The translations under genes were made by a program, and so were the position numbers. From Synergistaceae bacterium UBA4066 (GTDB taxonomy: Bacteria; Synergistota; Synergistia; Synergistales; Thermovirgaceae), in contig DFZC01000051.1 in the NCBI GenBank assembly GCA_002383685.1, positions 575 to 64,574 on the forward strand: a DNA stretch of 64,000 bases, written 5' to 3'. This document shows positions 53,250 through 61,313 of the stretch, piece after piece (position 1 is the first letter of the stretch; each line of letters starts with the position of its first letter). Below the pieces are notes generated by a model that saw only the letters and a list, made by a program, of their open reading frames with translations, had not been told where the DNA came from and searched no databases.

Positions 53250-54197
53250 CTACATATCAATGCCTTTCTCCTTAAAGTACTTGACGGCACCCGGGTGGAA
53301 GGGGATTATCCCCTTGCTCGCCAGTTCGGGTACAAAATTGGCCGCCTGGGGAGTCACATCCATAAAATCATCCTTGTTCTCGAGAAGGGTCTTAAGGAGG
53401 TTGTAAGCGATTTCCTCGCCCATGTCCGCGCGAACTACCATGTAGTTACCGTCGGCAATGGTAAGGGTTTCTTTTTCGACTGATTTGTATATGCCGGGTT
53501 TGAAGTTGAAGGGGAGAAGGAAAGGATTATCCTCCACGACTTTCTGGACTACTTCCTCTGGCAGGGGGATGAGTTTGACCTTGCGCGTTGCCTCGACTTC
53601 CATAACGGCAGCACCTGGAGCGGCGAAGTTCCAGAACACGGCATCGATGTTGCCGTCGGTAAGTGCCATCGCACCCTCGGGCTGGGTAAGCTGCGCAGCC
53701 TGGAGATCCTTGTCAGGGTCGATACCTGCAGCCTTGAGGATCATGCGGGTCAGGACCTGGTCTCCGCCTCCCGGGGCCCCAAGTGAGACCTTTTTCCCCT
53801 TGATGTCCCAGAAGGTTTCGATGCCGCTCCCCTCTATCGTCACAAGATGATGGGGGGCGGGGTACATGTTGAAGAGTATATTGAGATCAAGTTTGCCGTC
53901 CTCCTCGAATGCATCGGTCCCAGTGTAAGCCTGATAGAGCGTTGACCCCATGGACATACCCAGCTGGATCTTGCCGTCAGCCAGAAGGCGACAGTTCTCT
54001 CTTGAGGCCGCTGTGGAACGGGATGTAGCCCTGACGTCTATTCCGGCCTTGTTAAGGACTTCCGCCATGGCACCACCGAGAGGATAGTAGGTCCCGCCGA
54101 CCCCGCCGGAGCCTATGGTTATGAAGGTGACAGCAAAGGCCGACCCGGCAAGGAAAACAAGAGCTGCTACCGCTAATGGCAGCATGAACCTTTTCAT
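53250..54197 (-). CDS. TAXI-family TRAP transporter solute-binding protein
   Basis: Signal peptide, then ITIGSGGVGGTYYPLGGAMAEVL, which is typical of TAXI (TRAP-associated extracytoplasmic immunogenic) proteins. Confidence 0.9.
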   Translation of the reverse strand: MKRFMLPLAVAALVFLAGSAFAVTFITIGSGGVGGTYYPLGGAMAEVLNKAGIDVRATSRSTAASRENCRLLADGKIQLGMSMGSTLYQAYTGTDAFEEDGKLDLNILFNMYPAPHHLVTIEGSGIETFWDIKGKKVSLGAPGGGDQVLTRMILKAAGIDPDKDLQAAQLTQPEGAMALTDGNIDAVFWNFAAPGAAVMEVEATRKVKLIPLPEEVVQKVVEDNPFLLPFNFKPGIYKSVEKETLTIADGNYMVVRADMGEEIAYNLLKTLLENKDDFMDVTPQAANFVPELASKGIIPFHPGAVKYFKEKGIDM

Positions 54198-54283
54198 CGG
54201 TCATTCCTCCTTTTCTTCCGATCTGAGTCTTGCCCTTTCTATCCGCTTATCCTGACCCTCTATTCCTCTTTGCCACCTCCCTT

Positions 54284-55645
54284 TCAAACGGGCGTTTTCA
54301 GGAGGATGTCACACGCTGAATAAAGCCCCTGTTCCAGTATTCCGACGATCTCCTGGACCTGTTCCGACGTAACGTTGAGCGGTGGAGCTATCATAAAATT
54401 GTCACCATCAACGCCATCGACCATTCCGCCCGACGGATATATGACAAGCCCACGCCTCATGCATTCGGCAGTAACGATCGCAGAGGCTCTTTTCCCTCTA
54501 GGGAACGGGCTTTTGGAAACCTTGTCATAGACGATCTCAATTCCCCACATAAGCCCTCTACCCCTGACATCCCCCACGATCGGGATATCTGCCAGGGACA
54601 TCATGGCTTTCCCGAGTGCTTCACCCTGGATGAATGCGTTATTGAAAAGTCCGTTCCTTTTCATGTAACGCAATGTAGCCGCTGTTGCCGCGCCAGAGAG
54701 GGGGTTCCCGTTGTAGGTGTGGCCGTGCATGAAGGCACCGCTCCCTTTCCTGAAGACATCCACTAACCTTTCGCTGGCAAAAACGCCACCCGTAGGGACA
54801 TAGCCCGCCGCCATTGCCTTAGCCGCCGCCATGATATCGGGAACCACATTCCAGTGATCCACCGCAAAAGCCTTCCCTGTGCGCCCAAAACCGGTCATGA
54901 CCTCGTCGGCGATCAGCAGGGCGCCGTACCTGTCGCATATCTCCCTGATCATAGGCCAATACTCATCGGGCGGGACGAGAGCCCCCACGGTGGAACCGAC
55001 GATCGGTTCCGCTATGAAAGCTGCCACGTACTGTGGCCCTATCCTTTTGATGGCATCCTCAAGTTCCCGGGCACATCTGACACCGCAGGAAGGGTGCTCA
55101 AGGCCGAAGGGGCATCGGTAGCAATAATGGGCCTGGATCTTTGGATGCTCCTTGAACATTGGAGAAAAATATCGTCTCCTTGGCATATTGCCTCCGATGG
55201 CCATGGAACCAAGGGTGCTGCCGTGGTATGAGTTCCACCTTCCTATTACCAGGTGCCTGGACGTACCTGCGCCCTCCTTTTCGATGAAGTACTGCCTGGC
55301 CATCTTTACGGCCGATTCAGTGGCTTCGCTTCCACCGCTGACGAACCAGATGTAATTCAGGTCACCGGGTGTAATTTCCGCCACCTCCGCCGCTGCCTCC
55401 TCTATGGCCCTGTTGCGCCATCGTGAAGGGTGTGCAAACGCAAGGATTTCCAGCTGTTCCGATATTGCATCGGTAACTTCCCTGACCCCATGCCCAAGAC
55501 TAGAGATAAGCGCCCCGCTGCACCCGTCAATGTAACGGTTCCCTTTTTCATCGTAGATATAGATCCCTTCCGCACGGACGGCCAAGGCCAGTTCTTCCTT
55601 GAAATTCCTTGGGAACAGGTTGCTGCGCCGGTCCACGGCTTCCAT
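54284..55645 (-). CDS. class III (omega/beta) aminotransferase
   Basis: 453 aa with FVSGGSEATESAVKMA, LLIADEVMTGFGRTG and the GHTYNGNP pattern. Confidence 0.9.
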   Translation of the reverse strand: MEAVDRRSNLFPRNFKEELALAVRAEGIYIYDEKGNRYIDGCSGALISSLGHGVREVTDAISEQLEILAFAHPSRWRNRAIEEAAAEVAEITPGDLNYIWFVSGGSEATESAVKMARQYFIEKEGAGTSRHLVIGRWNSYHGSTLGSMAIGGNMPRRRYFSPMFKEHPKIQAHYCYRCPFGLEHPSCGVRCARELEDAIKRIGPQYVAAFIAEPIVGSTVGALVPPDEYWPMIREICDRYGALLIADEVMTGFGRTGKAFAVDHWNVVPDIMAAAKAMAAGYVPTGGVFASERLVDVFRKGSGAFMHGHTYNGNPLSGAATAATLRYMKRNGLFNNAFIQGEALGKAMMSLADIPIVGDVRGRGLMWGIEIVYDKVSKSPFPRGKRASAIVTAECMRRGLVIYPSGGMVDGVDGDNFMIAPPLNVTSEQVQEIVGILEQGLYSACDILLKTPV

Positions 55646-55671
55646 CTCCTTTTTCTGGTCTCCTGTTAAAA

Positions 55672-56532
55672 TTAAAATTTCTTATAGCTTTCTTTCATAG
55701 GCCTTACATAGGTCCTGTTCCTGCTCCAGATCTGTTCCAGCCTTTCAAGCTTTTCTGTTACCGGTTCCCCAAGCTGTTTTGCGGCGGCCAGGATCACGCA
55801 GTTGATCACGCTCATGGGCGCAGTGAACGAATCTATGAAAGAAAGGGGTTTCCACGGAACGGTCACCACCACTTCAGACCATGTTGCCAGGGGACTGGAA
55901 AAATCGTTGGTTATCGAGGCGGTATGCATCCCTGACTGACTGGAAAAACGAAGGATCTCCAGGGTCCATGAAGTATACCGGGGAAAACTGATCCCAATAA
56001 CAAGGCTCTTGCGTGATGCATTTGCAACTTTTTCGAACGCGGTCTCCGGGTCCAACAGGCAGATACCTCGAAAGAGCCACGAAAGGTAATAGCAGAGATA
56101 GTGGGCAAGCGCCCTGGAGCTCCTGTGACCTGCGACCATCACCTGCTCAGCGTTGACGATCATCGCCCCCAAAGCTTCAAGGGCTGAAGTGTCGACCAGT
56201 GCCTGGGCTTCCGACAGGGTCCTGATATCTTCCGCAATAGCCCTGTGAAGATAGTTGCCCTCCTGGGCCCGGTCGTAATCCCTCAGCCTTTCCAGGGTTG
56301 AGAAACGCTCGATAAGGAGATCCCTTACGGCGGAGCGCATCTGGGGATAACCGGTATAGCCCAGTAAAGATGCAAAACGCACTACGGTGGATTCGCTAAC
56401 GCCTGCAACCTCACCAAGTTGAGAAGCGGTCAAAAAGGCAGCATCCCTGGAGTTGTCCAGGAGGAACCTTGCAATCGCCTTCTGCCCCGGCGAAAGGACG
56501 GGCATTTTTTCTGCAATGCGTTCACCGATCAT
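55672..56532 (-). CDS. MurR/RpiR-family transcriptional regulator (HTH_6 + SIS)
   Basis: LSPGQKAIARFLLDN...ASQLGEVAGVSESTVVRFASLLGYTGY plus a SIS domain. Confidence 0.9.
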   Translation of the reverse strand: MIGERIAEKMPVLSPGQKAIARFLLDNSRDAAFLTASQLGEVAGVSESTVVRFASLLGYTGYPQMRSAVRDLLIERFSTLERLRDYDRAQEGNYLHRAIAEDIRTLSEAQALVDTSALEALGAMIVNAEQVMVAGHRSSRALAHYLCYYLSWLFRGICLLDPETAFEKVANASRKSLVIGISFPRYTSWTLEILRFSSQSGMHTASITNDFSSPLATWSEVVVTVPWKPLSFIDSFTAPMSVINCVILAAAKQLGEPVTEKLERLEQIWSRNRTYVRPMKESYKKF

Positions 56533-56575
56533 TTTTTACCCCTGCCAAAATGAATGTTTTCCTGCATACAAAGAT

Positions 56576-56603
56576 AAATCATGCAGGAATTCCTGCATGA
56601 TTT
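56576..56603. promoter_or_regulatory. 28-bp perfect palindrome in the divergent RpiR / HemB-like intergenic region
   Basis: AAATCATGCAGGAATTCCTGCATGATTT. A third half-site, ttcctgcata, lies at 56559..56568. Confidence 0.65.
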
Positions 56604-56740
56604 ATAGTAACCTGCTTTTGCGTTTTTTGTCAAACAGTTCACACTGTCAATCCGTGCTCCGTATGCTCTTGTTGTTAATTAACGCAATAACCGGTATCGC
56701 GTTATGGATAGAGGTTTCTTCTTGATGTAGAATTGTGGTC

Positions 56741-57682
56741 ATGAGAGATAAGCGGTCACGTCCTGAAGATCAGGTTTCCGTTACCTTCGACCCCAGGCGT
56801 CTGATAATGCCGATCTTCATCAGTCATCAACGTGATGCAGCATTCCCTGCACCCGGTATGTCCGGCGTATTGCACCTGGGCATTGACCGGGCTGTGGAAT
56901 ATGTTGGAATGTGTGCCGATTCGGGAATCAGGGAATTCATTGTGTTCGGCCTGGATTCACCTGAGAAGGACAGCATGGCTCTCAAGGCTTCGAGCCCTGA
57001 CTCGCCTGTCTGCGCTGCTATCAGGGAACTATCATCTTCCTTTCCAGATAGCCGCTTCTGGGGGCATGTCACCCTGGCCCATTACACTGACCACGGCGGC
57101 AATTTCTGCCTTGGAAAAGACGGGCAGGTTGACTGGGAACATACTACCGGGCGCTTTTGCGAGATCTGCAAAGTTCTTGCGGAATCGGGGGCAGGGATCG
57201 TACTTCCTTTTTTGCTGAGACAGGGAGCGATCTCTTCGATCCGCTCTTTCCTTGAGGGTAACGGGCTCCTGAACACGGAAGTTTATTCTTACGGAGCCAA
57301 ATTTAGGTCATCTTTCTACGGCCCTTTCAACAGGTCGACGGGGGTCACAGAGATTTCAAAAGGGGACCTCCAATTGGAACCTTCGGACAAGCAGGGGGCT
57401 CTCGAAAAGATCAAGAACGATGTATCAGAGGGCTCAAAAGGGATCGTGATCAAACCCGCCCTTCCCTACCTGGATATCATCGCCTCTGCCGGATCAGTTA
57501 CCAAACTTCCACTGGTAGCCTACATGGTAAGCGGCGAGTACATGATGCTCAAACACGCCGGTGCCGACGGCATTGCCGACGGAAGACGATCAATGCTGGA
57601 AGCGCACCTGTCGATCTTCCGTGCAGGCGCAGACATGGTCATAACTTACAACGCTCTGGATCTTCTGAAATCGGGATCTTAA
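56741..57682 (+). CDS. divergent porphobilinogen-synthase (HemB/ALAD) family protein
   Basis: It retains YGAKFRSSFYGPF, VIKPALPYLDII, AYMVSGEYMM and FRAGADMVITY. It lacks the Cys-rich Zn site and the Asp-rich Mg site (HVTLAHYTDHGGNFCLG), and it lacks SDMMDGR (LPFLLRQG). Confidence 0.7.
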   Translation: MRDKRSRPEDQVSVTFDPRRLIMPIFISHQRDAAFPAPGMSGVLHLGIDRAVEYVGMCADSGIREFIVFGLDSPEKDSMALKASSPDSPVCAAIRELSSSFPDSRFWGHVTLAHYTDHGGNFCLGKDGQVDWEHTTGRFCEICKVLAESGAGIVLPFLLRQGAISSIRSFLEGNGLLNTEVYSYGAKFRSSFYGPFNRSTGVTEISKGDLQLEPSDKQGALEKIKNDVSEGSKGIVIKPALPYLDIIASAGSVTKLPLVAYMVSGEYMMLKHAGADGIADGRRSMLEAHLSIFRAGADMVITYNALDLLKSGS

Positions 57683-57767
57683 CCCTGAAAGTACATGGGA
57701 TCCCGGGGCAGCGCCTTTTTGGGCGGCTCTTTTTTTGCCTTCAAATGACAAGCAACAATTAAGCCTT

Positions 57768-58856
57768 TTACAGCAATGCTTTTATCAGCGGAGGAAGGAC
57801 CACGAAGATGGTAAAAAGCCTTACGAGGTGCAGGAGGCTGACCCTGAGGGGTTCGGCCCCGAGTTCCTCGGAGATGGAGGCAAGCTGGGTGATCCCTCCC
57901 GGGCAGGTTGCCAGAAGGCAGGTCATCAGGTTCCATCTGGTCACTCTCTGTACTATGAAAGCGAGAATGATGCCCCACCCGAGCATGGCCGCCGTTGTCC
58001 CCAGTATGGTAAGAAGCATTTCTGCCAGGGTCGAGATGGTCTCTGGCGTAGCATTCAGGCCTATCAGGGCACCAAGGCCCAGTTGCCCAATGTGCCTGAG
58101 CATCAGCGGAGGGGCGCATACAGGAAGGCCGAAACCGGTCGCTGCGGCTGTAAAAACCATGGATCCGACAAAACCGCCGACAGGCACCCCGAGCATATAG
58201 AACAGGACCCCGCCCGCAGAACCAAGAGCCAGGGTGAAAAACACACCCCGCACCTGTAATCCCCTCCAGGGTCCATCAAGAGGCTGCTCGGGAAGACACT
58301 CCTTTGCCGCCGGGGTCTGGATCTCCCCTTTCCCGACGCTTTTGCTGATCCTGCTCGATATTACCGGCATAGCTATCAGTACCGATGTCAGTCTGAAAAA
58401 CTGCATCAGGGCAACCAGGGCGGAGTCGGCATTTAACGTAAGGGCCAGCAGGCTCATTTCCGCAATACCCCCGGGAACCGTTCCAAGGATCGAGGTGGAA
58501 AGGTCAAGGGTAAACCATCTGCTTACCAGCCAGCCTAGCCCCAGGGGGAAACTGATCCACCAGATGCCGGCCAGAAGCGCAACTCCCATGCTGTTCTTTA
58601 GTTCCCTGCCAGCCTGAGCGGTAAACCGGACCCCGATGAACATTCCAAGAATGACCTGGAACAATAGCCCGGAACCAAAGGGGGGACCTGGCACCGTCCA
58701 TCCCTTGACCGCAAAGAAAGCGGACGATACCATCGCGCCGACCATTATCGCCGCCGGTATCTTGAATGCCCGGAAGACAAGCCATCCGGGAACTCCAGCC
58801 GCAAAAAGGGAAAATAAACCGACAAGCCAGCCCATGAAAACCCCCTGCAAGACCAT
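57768..58856 (-). CDS. AbrB-duplication family polytopic membrane protein (function unknown)
   Basis: 362 aa with about 10 TM helices in two similar halves. It resembles the membrane 'AbrB / putative ammonia monooxygenase' family. Confidence 0.6.
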   Translation of the reverse strand: MVLQGVFMGWLVGLFSLFAAGVPGWLVFRAFKIPAAIMVGAMVSSAFFAVKGWTVPGPPFGSGLLFQVILGMFIGVRFTAQAGRELKNSMGVALLAGIWWISFPLGLGWLVSRWFTLDLSTSILGTVPGGIAEMSLLALTLNADSALVALMQFFRLTSVLIAMPVISSRISKSVGKGEIQTPAAKECLPEQPLDGPWRGLQVRGVFFTLALGSAGGVLFYMLGVPVGGFVGSMVFTAAATGFGLPVCAPPLMLRHIGQLGLGALIGLNATPETISTLAEMLLTILGTTAAMLGWGIILAFIVQRVTRWNLMTCLLATCPGGITQLASISEELGAEPLRVSLLHLVRLFTIFVVLPPLIKALL

Positions 58857-58907
58857 GCTAAAATAACTGTAATGTTTTTAGTTTGCTCTCACGGAAAGGA
58901 GAGAACA

Positions 58908-59423
58908 ATGACCACAAAACGAACCGTATTATATATGGTAATAATAATTCTTGCCCTTTCCGCAGGGTATGGCCTTTGGAGAAACATCCCCGGCAGCGGT
59001 GACACGGCCAAGGAGGCAGAAAATATGAGCCCTGACAAGATCGTAAGGACCGAAGAAGAATGGAGATCCATCCTTACCCCTGAACAGTTCCGTGTAACCA
59101 GGAAGGGAGGGACTGAGTTCGCATTTTCAGGACAATATTACGACCACAAGGAAAAGGGCGTCTATAAATGTGTCTGTTGTGGTAACCCCCTTTTCGGCTC
59201 AAGCGCGAAATTCGACTCGGGAAGCGGATGGCCCAGCTTCTATGAACCCTTTTCCCCTCAAAGCGTATGGACACGGGACGACAGGTCTTTCGGGATGCAA
59301 AGGGTAGAGGTCCTCTGTTCATGGTGCGACGCCCACCTGGGGCACGTCTTCTCCGACGGTCCGCCCCCGACAGGGCTTCGATACTGCATCAATTCCGTAG
59401 CTTTGGAATTTGAACCGGAATAA
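58908..59423 (+). CDS. msrB: peptide-methionine (R)-S-oxide reductase with an N-terminal membrane anchor
   Basis: Start at ATG 58908 after GGAAAGGAGAG. Motifs are CVCCGNPLF...GWPSF...CSWCDAHLGHVF...RYCINS. Confidence 0.9.
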   Translation: MTTKRTVLYMVIIILALSAGYGLWRNIPGSGDTAKEAENMSPDKIVRTEEEWRSILTPEQFRVTRKGGTEFAFSGQYYDHKEKGVYKCVCCGNPLFGSSAKFDSGSGWPSFYEPFSPQSVWTRDDRSFGMQRVEVLCSWCDAHLGHVFSDGPPPTGLRYCINSVALEFEPE

Positions 59424-59525
59424 CCTTCCACGACAGGATCCTGTTTCAACAGCAGAGCTTTTTTCTGTTTATTATAATGTTATAGTATCTGCAGCTTTCT
59501 CGGGTGAAAAGAAAGGTGGAAGAAT

Positions 59526-61313
59526 ATGGATCCTGTCAATTTTTCGGAACGGGTCAAATATCTGCTCAAAACGGAGTTGCCCCGGGGGGAAAAGGTTGTA
59601 TCGGAGGGAATTGATCTTGGCCGAAGCTTAAAACCAGGAAGATCGGCTTTCATGAATGCCTACGGGGTGAATTCCGAGGCCGAATACAAAAGACAGTGCA
59701 TCAGGGACAGAAAGATCATGTATCACTGCCACATCGGGATGAGTTCATGGAACGAGACCGCCAGGGGATTAAAGTATCTTCACAGGTCTCTGGCTTCGGA
59801 GGGTTTTTACCAGGACCGGGCAGGCATCTGCCTCGACAGGAGAATGGCCCTCCCCCCGGCTATGCGAAGGAACGCCCCGGCTGAGACTGGGCCACTTCTT
59901 GAAAACCTTGAGGAATGGCTTGCCGTTGGACAGGCCGCCCCTATCCAGCCCCACATGGGGGATTTCATGATAGGTTTTCCTGCATCAGCAGACAACACAG
60001 TCCTGGCACTGAGAGCAGGGGTAACGACCATAGGAAACCTTTCCCAGTTCTTCTCACATGAAGCTCCCGGCTGGAGGGATACCCCCTTCACCGCCGGGGA
60101 AACTGTCAAGGCCATAGCGCTTATGGGGGCATTGAGAGAACAGGGGACCCTGGTCCACTCCTACCTCGATGACGGGTTGGGGGCCCTTTTTACGGATTGC
60201 GCAACCGTTGCCGGATGGGCCTTCCTTGAGCGTTACATTGTCGAGGAACTTATGGGGGCAAAACTCGCCCACTGCGTTGGAGGCCTGGTCTCTGACCCCG
60301 TAAAGAGGTCGGGCTGGATATTCGCCCTCCAGGAGATCCACCAGGGGGACTGTGTCGGTTCCATGTTCTACGGTGATACCATCTCCTTTACAAGAGACTT
60401 TTCGTGGAACCGAGGAGTGGTAGCCGAAACCCTGCTGTGGGATATCCTTACCCAGATGGAGTGTCCCACGGGCCACGCCGTACTCTCCATACCAGTAACC
60501 GAGGCGGTTAGAGTGCCGAACGCGGAGGAGATCCTTGAGGCCCAGATCTTCGCCAGAAATATGGAGGGCGTGGCAAGACGGGTGCACCCTTCTTTCGACT
60601 TCTCTGCCCCCCGGGCTTTTGCCGAGAAAGTAGTTTCTGCCGGTAGAACTGTTTTTAACAATGCCCTGGATGGACTTTCCGATGCAGGGGTTGATCTGAA
60701 AGACCCCGTTCAGATGCTTTTCGTTCTGAAAAGCCTTGGCCCGAAGTTGTTCGAGGAAACCTTTGGTGCAGGGACCCCCAACCCGCTGTCGCTAAGGGGA
60801 AGGGATGCCGTCGTCCCCAACGATGTCTTTGAGCACTCCCTCAGATCTGTCGACAAATTCCGTGACAGTTTCGCAAGCCCGGATGCCAGGTCCTCCCTTG
60901 AGGGGCGCAGGATAGTCCTCGCTTCGACCGATGTCCACGAACATGCCCTGTTCGTCATTGAACAACTGCTTGAAATATCGGGGGTCAGAGTTGTCAATGT
61001 CGGCCCGGAGAGGAACCCCGACGAGATCGCCCATGCCGTGGGGGCGGAAAATGCCGACGCGGTCCTGGTGAGCACTCATAACGGAATGGCACTGGATTAC
61101 GCCAACGCCATGCTGGAGGAGATGGAAGAGAGGAACCTTTCCGTCCCTGTCTTCATGGGGGGAGTACTTAACCAGAAGGTCGAAGAGAACGAAATGCCGA
61201 TAGATGTCGAGGAGTCCCTGCAGGGACTGGGCATCAGAACCTGCAGCAACCCCATGGACCTGCTGGAAAACCTTGTCGTAATGTGGAAGAATGGGACCGA
61301 TGAGGCAGAATGA
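59526..61313 (+). CDS. fusion of a GlmE-like TIM-barrel region and a C-terminal cobalamin-binding (GlmS/MutS-type) domain; substrate unknown
   Basis: The C-terminus RIVLASTDVHEHALFVIEQLL...VLVSTHNG...VFMGGVL fits DxHxxG...SxL...GG with G to A. The N-terminal ~430 aa show patchy by-eye matches to the glutamate mutase E subunit (MIGFP versus NGFP; SIPVTEAVRVPNAEE versus KTPHEAIGIPTKEAN). Confidence 0.5.
   Translation: MDPVNFSERVKYLLKTELPRGEKVVSEGIDLGRSLKPGRSAFMNAYGVNSEAEYKRQCIRDRKIMYHCHIGMSSWNETARGLKYLHRSLASEGFYQDRAGICLDRRMALPPAMRRNAPAETGPLLENLEEWLAVGQAAPIQPHMGDFMIGFPASADNTVLALRAGVTTIGNLSQFFSHEAPGWRDTPFTAGETVKAIALMGALREQGTLVHSYLDDGLGALFTDCATVAGWAFLERYIVEELMGAKLAHCVGGLVSDPVKRSGWIFALQEIHQGDCVGSMFYGDTISFTRDFSWNRGVVAETLLWDILTQMECPTGHAVLSIPVTEAVRVPNAEEILEAQIFARNMEGVARRVHPSFDFSAPRAFAEKVVSAGRTVFNNALDGLSDAGVDLKDPVQMLFVLKSLGPKLFEETFGAGTPNPLSLRGRDAVVPNDVFEHSLRSVDKFRDSFASPDARSSLEGRRIVLASTDVHEHALFVIEQLLEISGVRVVNVGPERNPDEIAHAVGAENADAVLVSTHNGMALDYANAMLEEMEERNLSVPVFMGGVLNQKVEENEMPIDVEESLQGLGIRTCSNPMDLLENLVVMWKNGTDEAE

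Noticed and set aside
57683-57767. Rho-independent terminator between the HemB-like gene and the AbrB-type gene (ggcagcgcctttttgggcggctcttttttt)
   Set aside because: A T-run is present, but I could not draw a stem longer than 3-4 contiguous base pairs. It is too weak to report as a feature.
59424-59525. Cobalamin riboswitch upstream of the B12-domain gene
   Set aside because: The leader is only about 100 nt and AT-rich. It lacks the conserved B12-box (GCCACTG-like) and the extensive GC-rich helices of cobalamin riboswitches.
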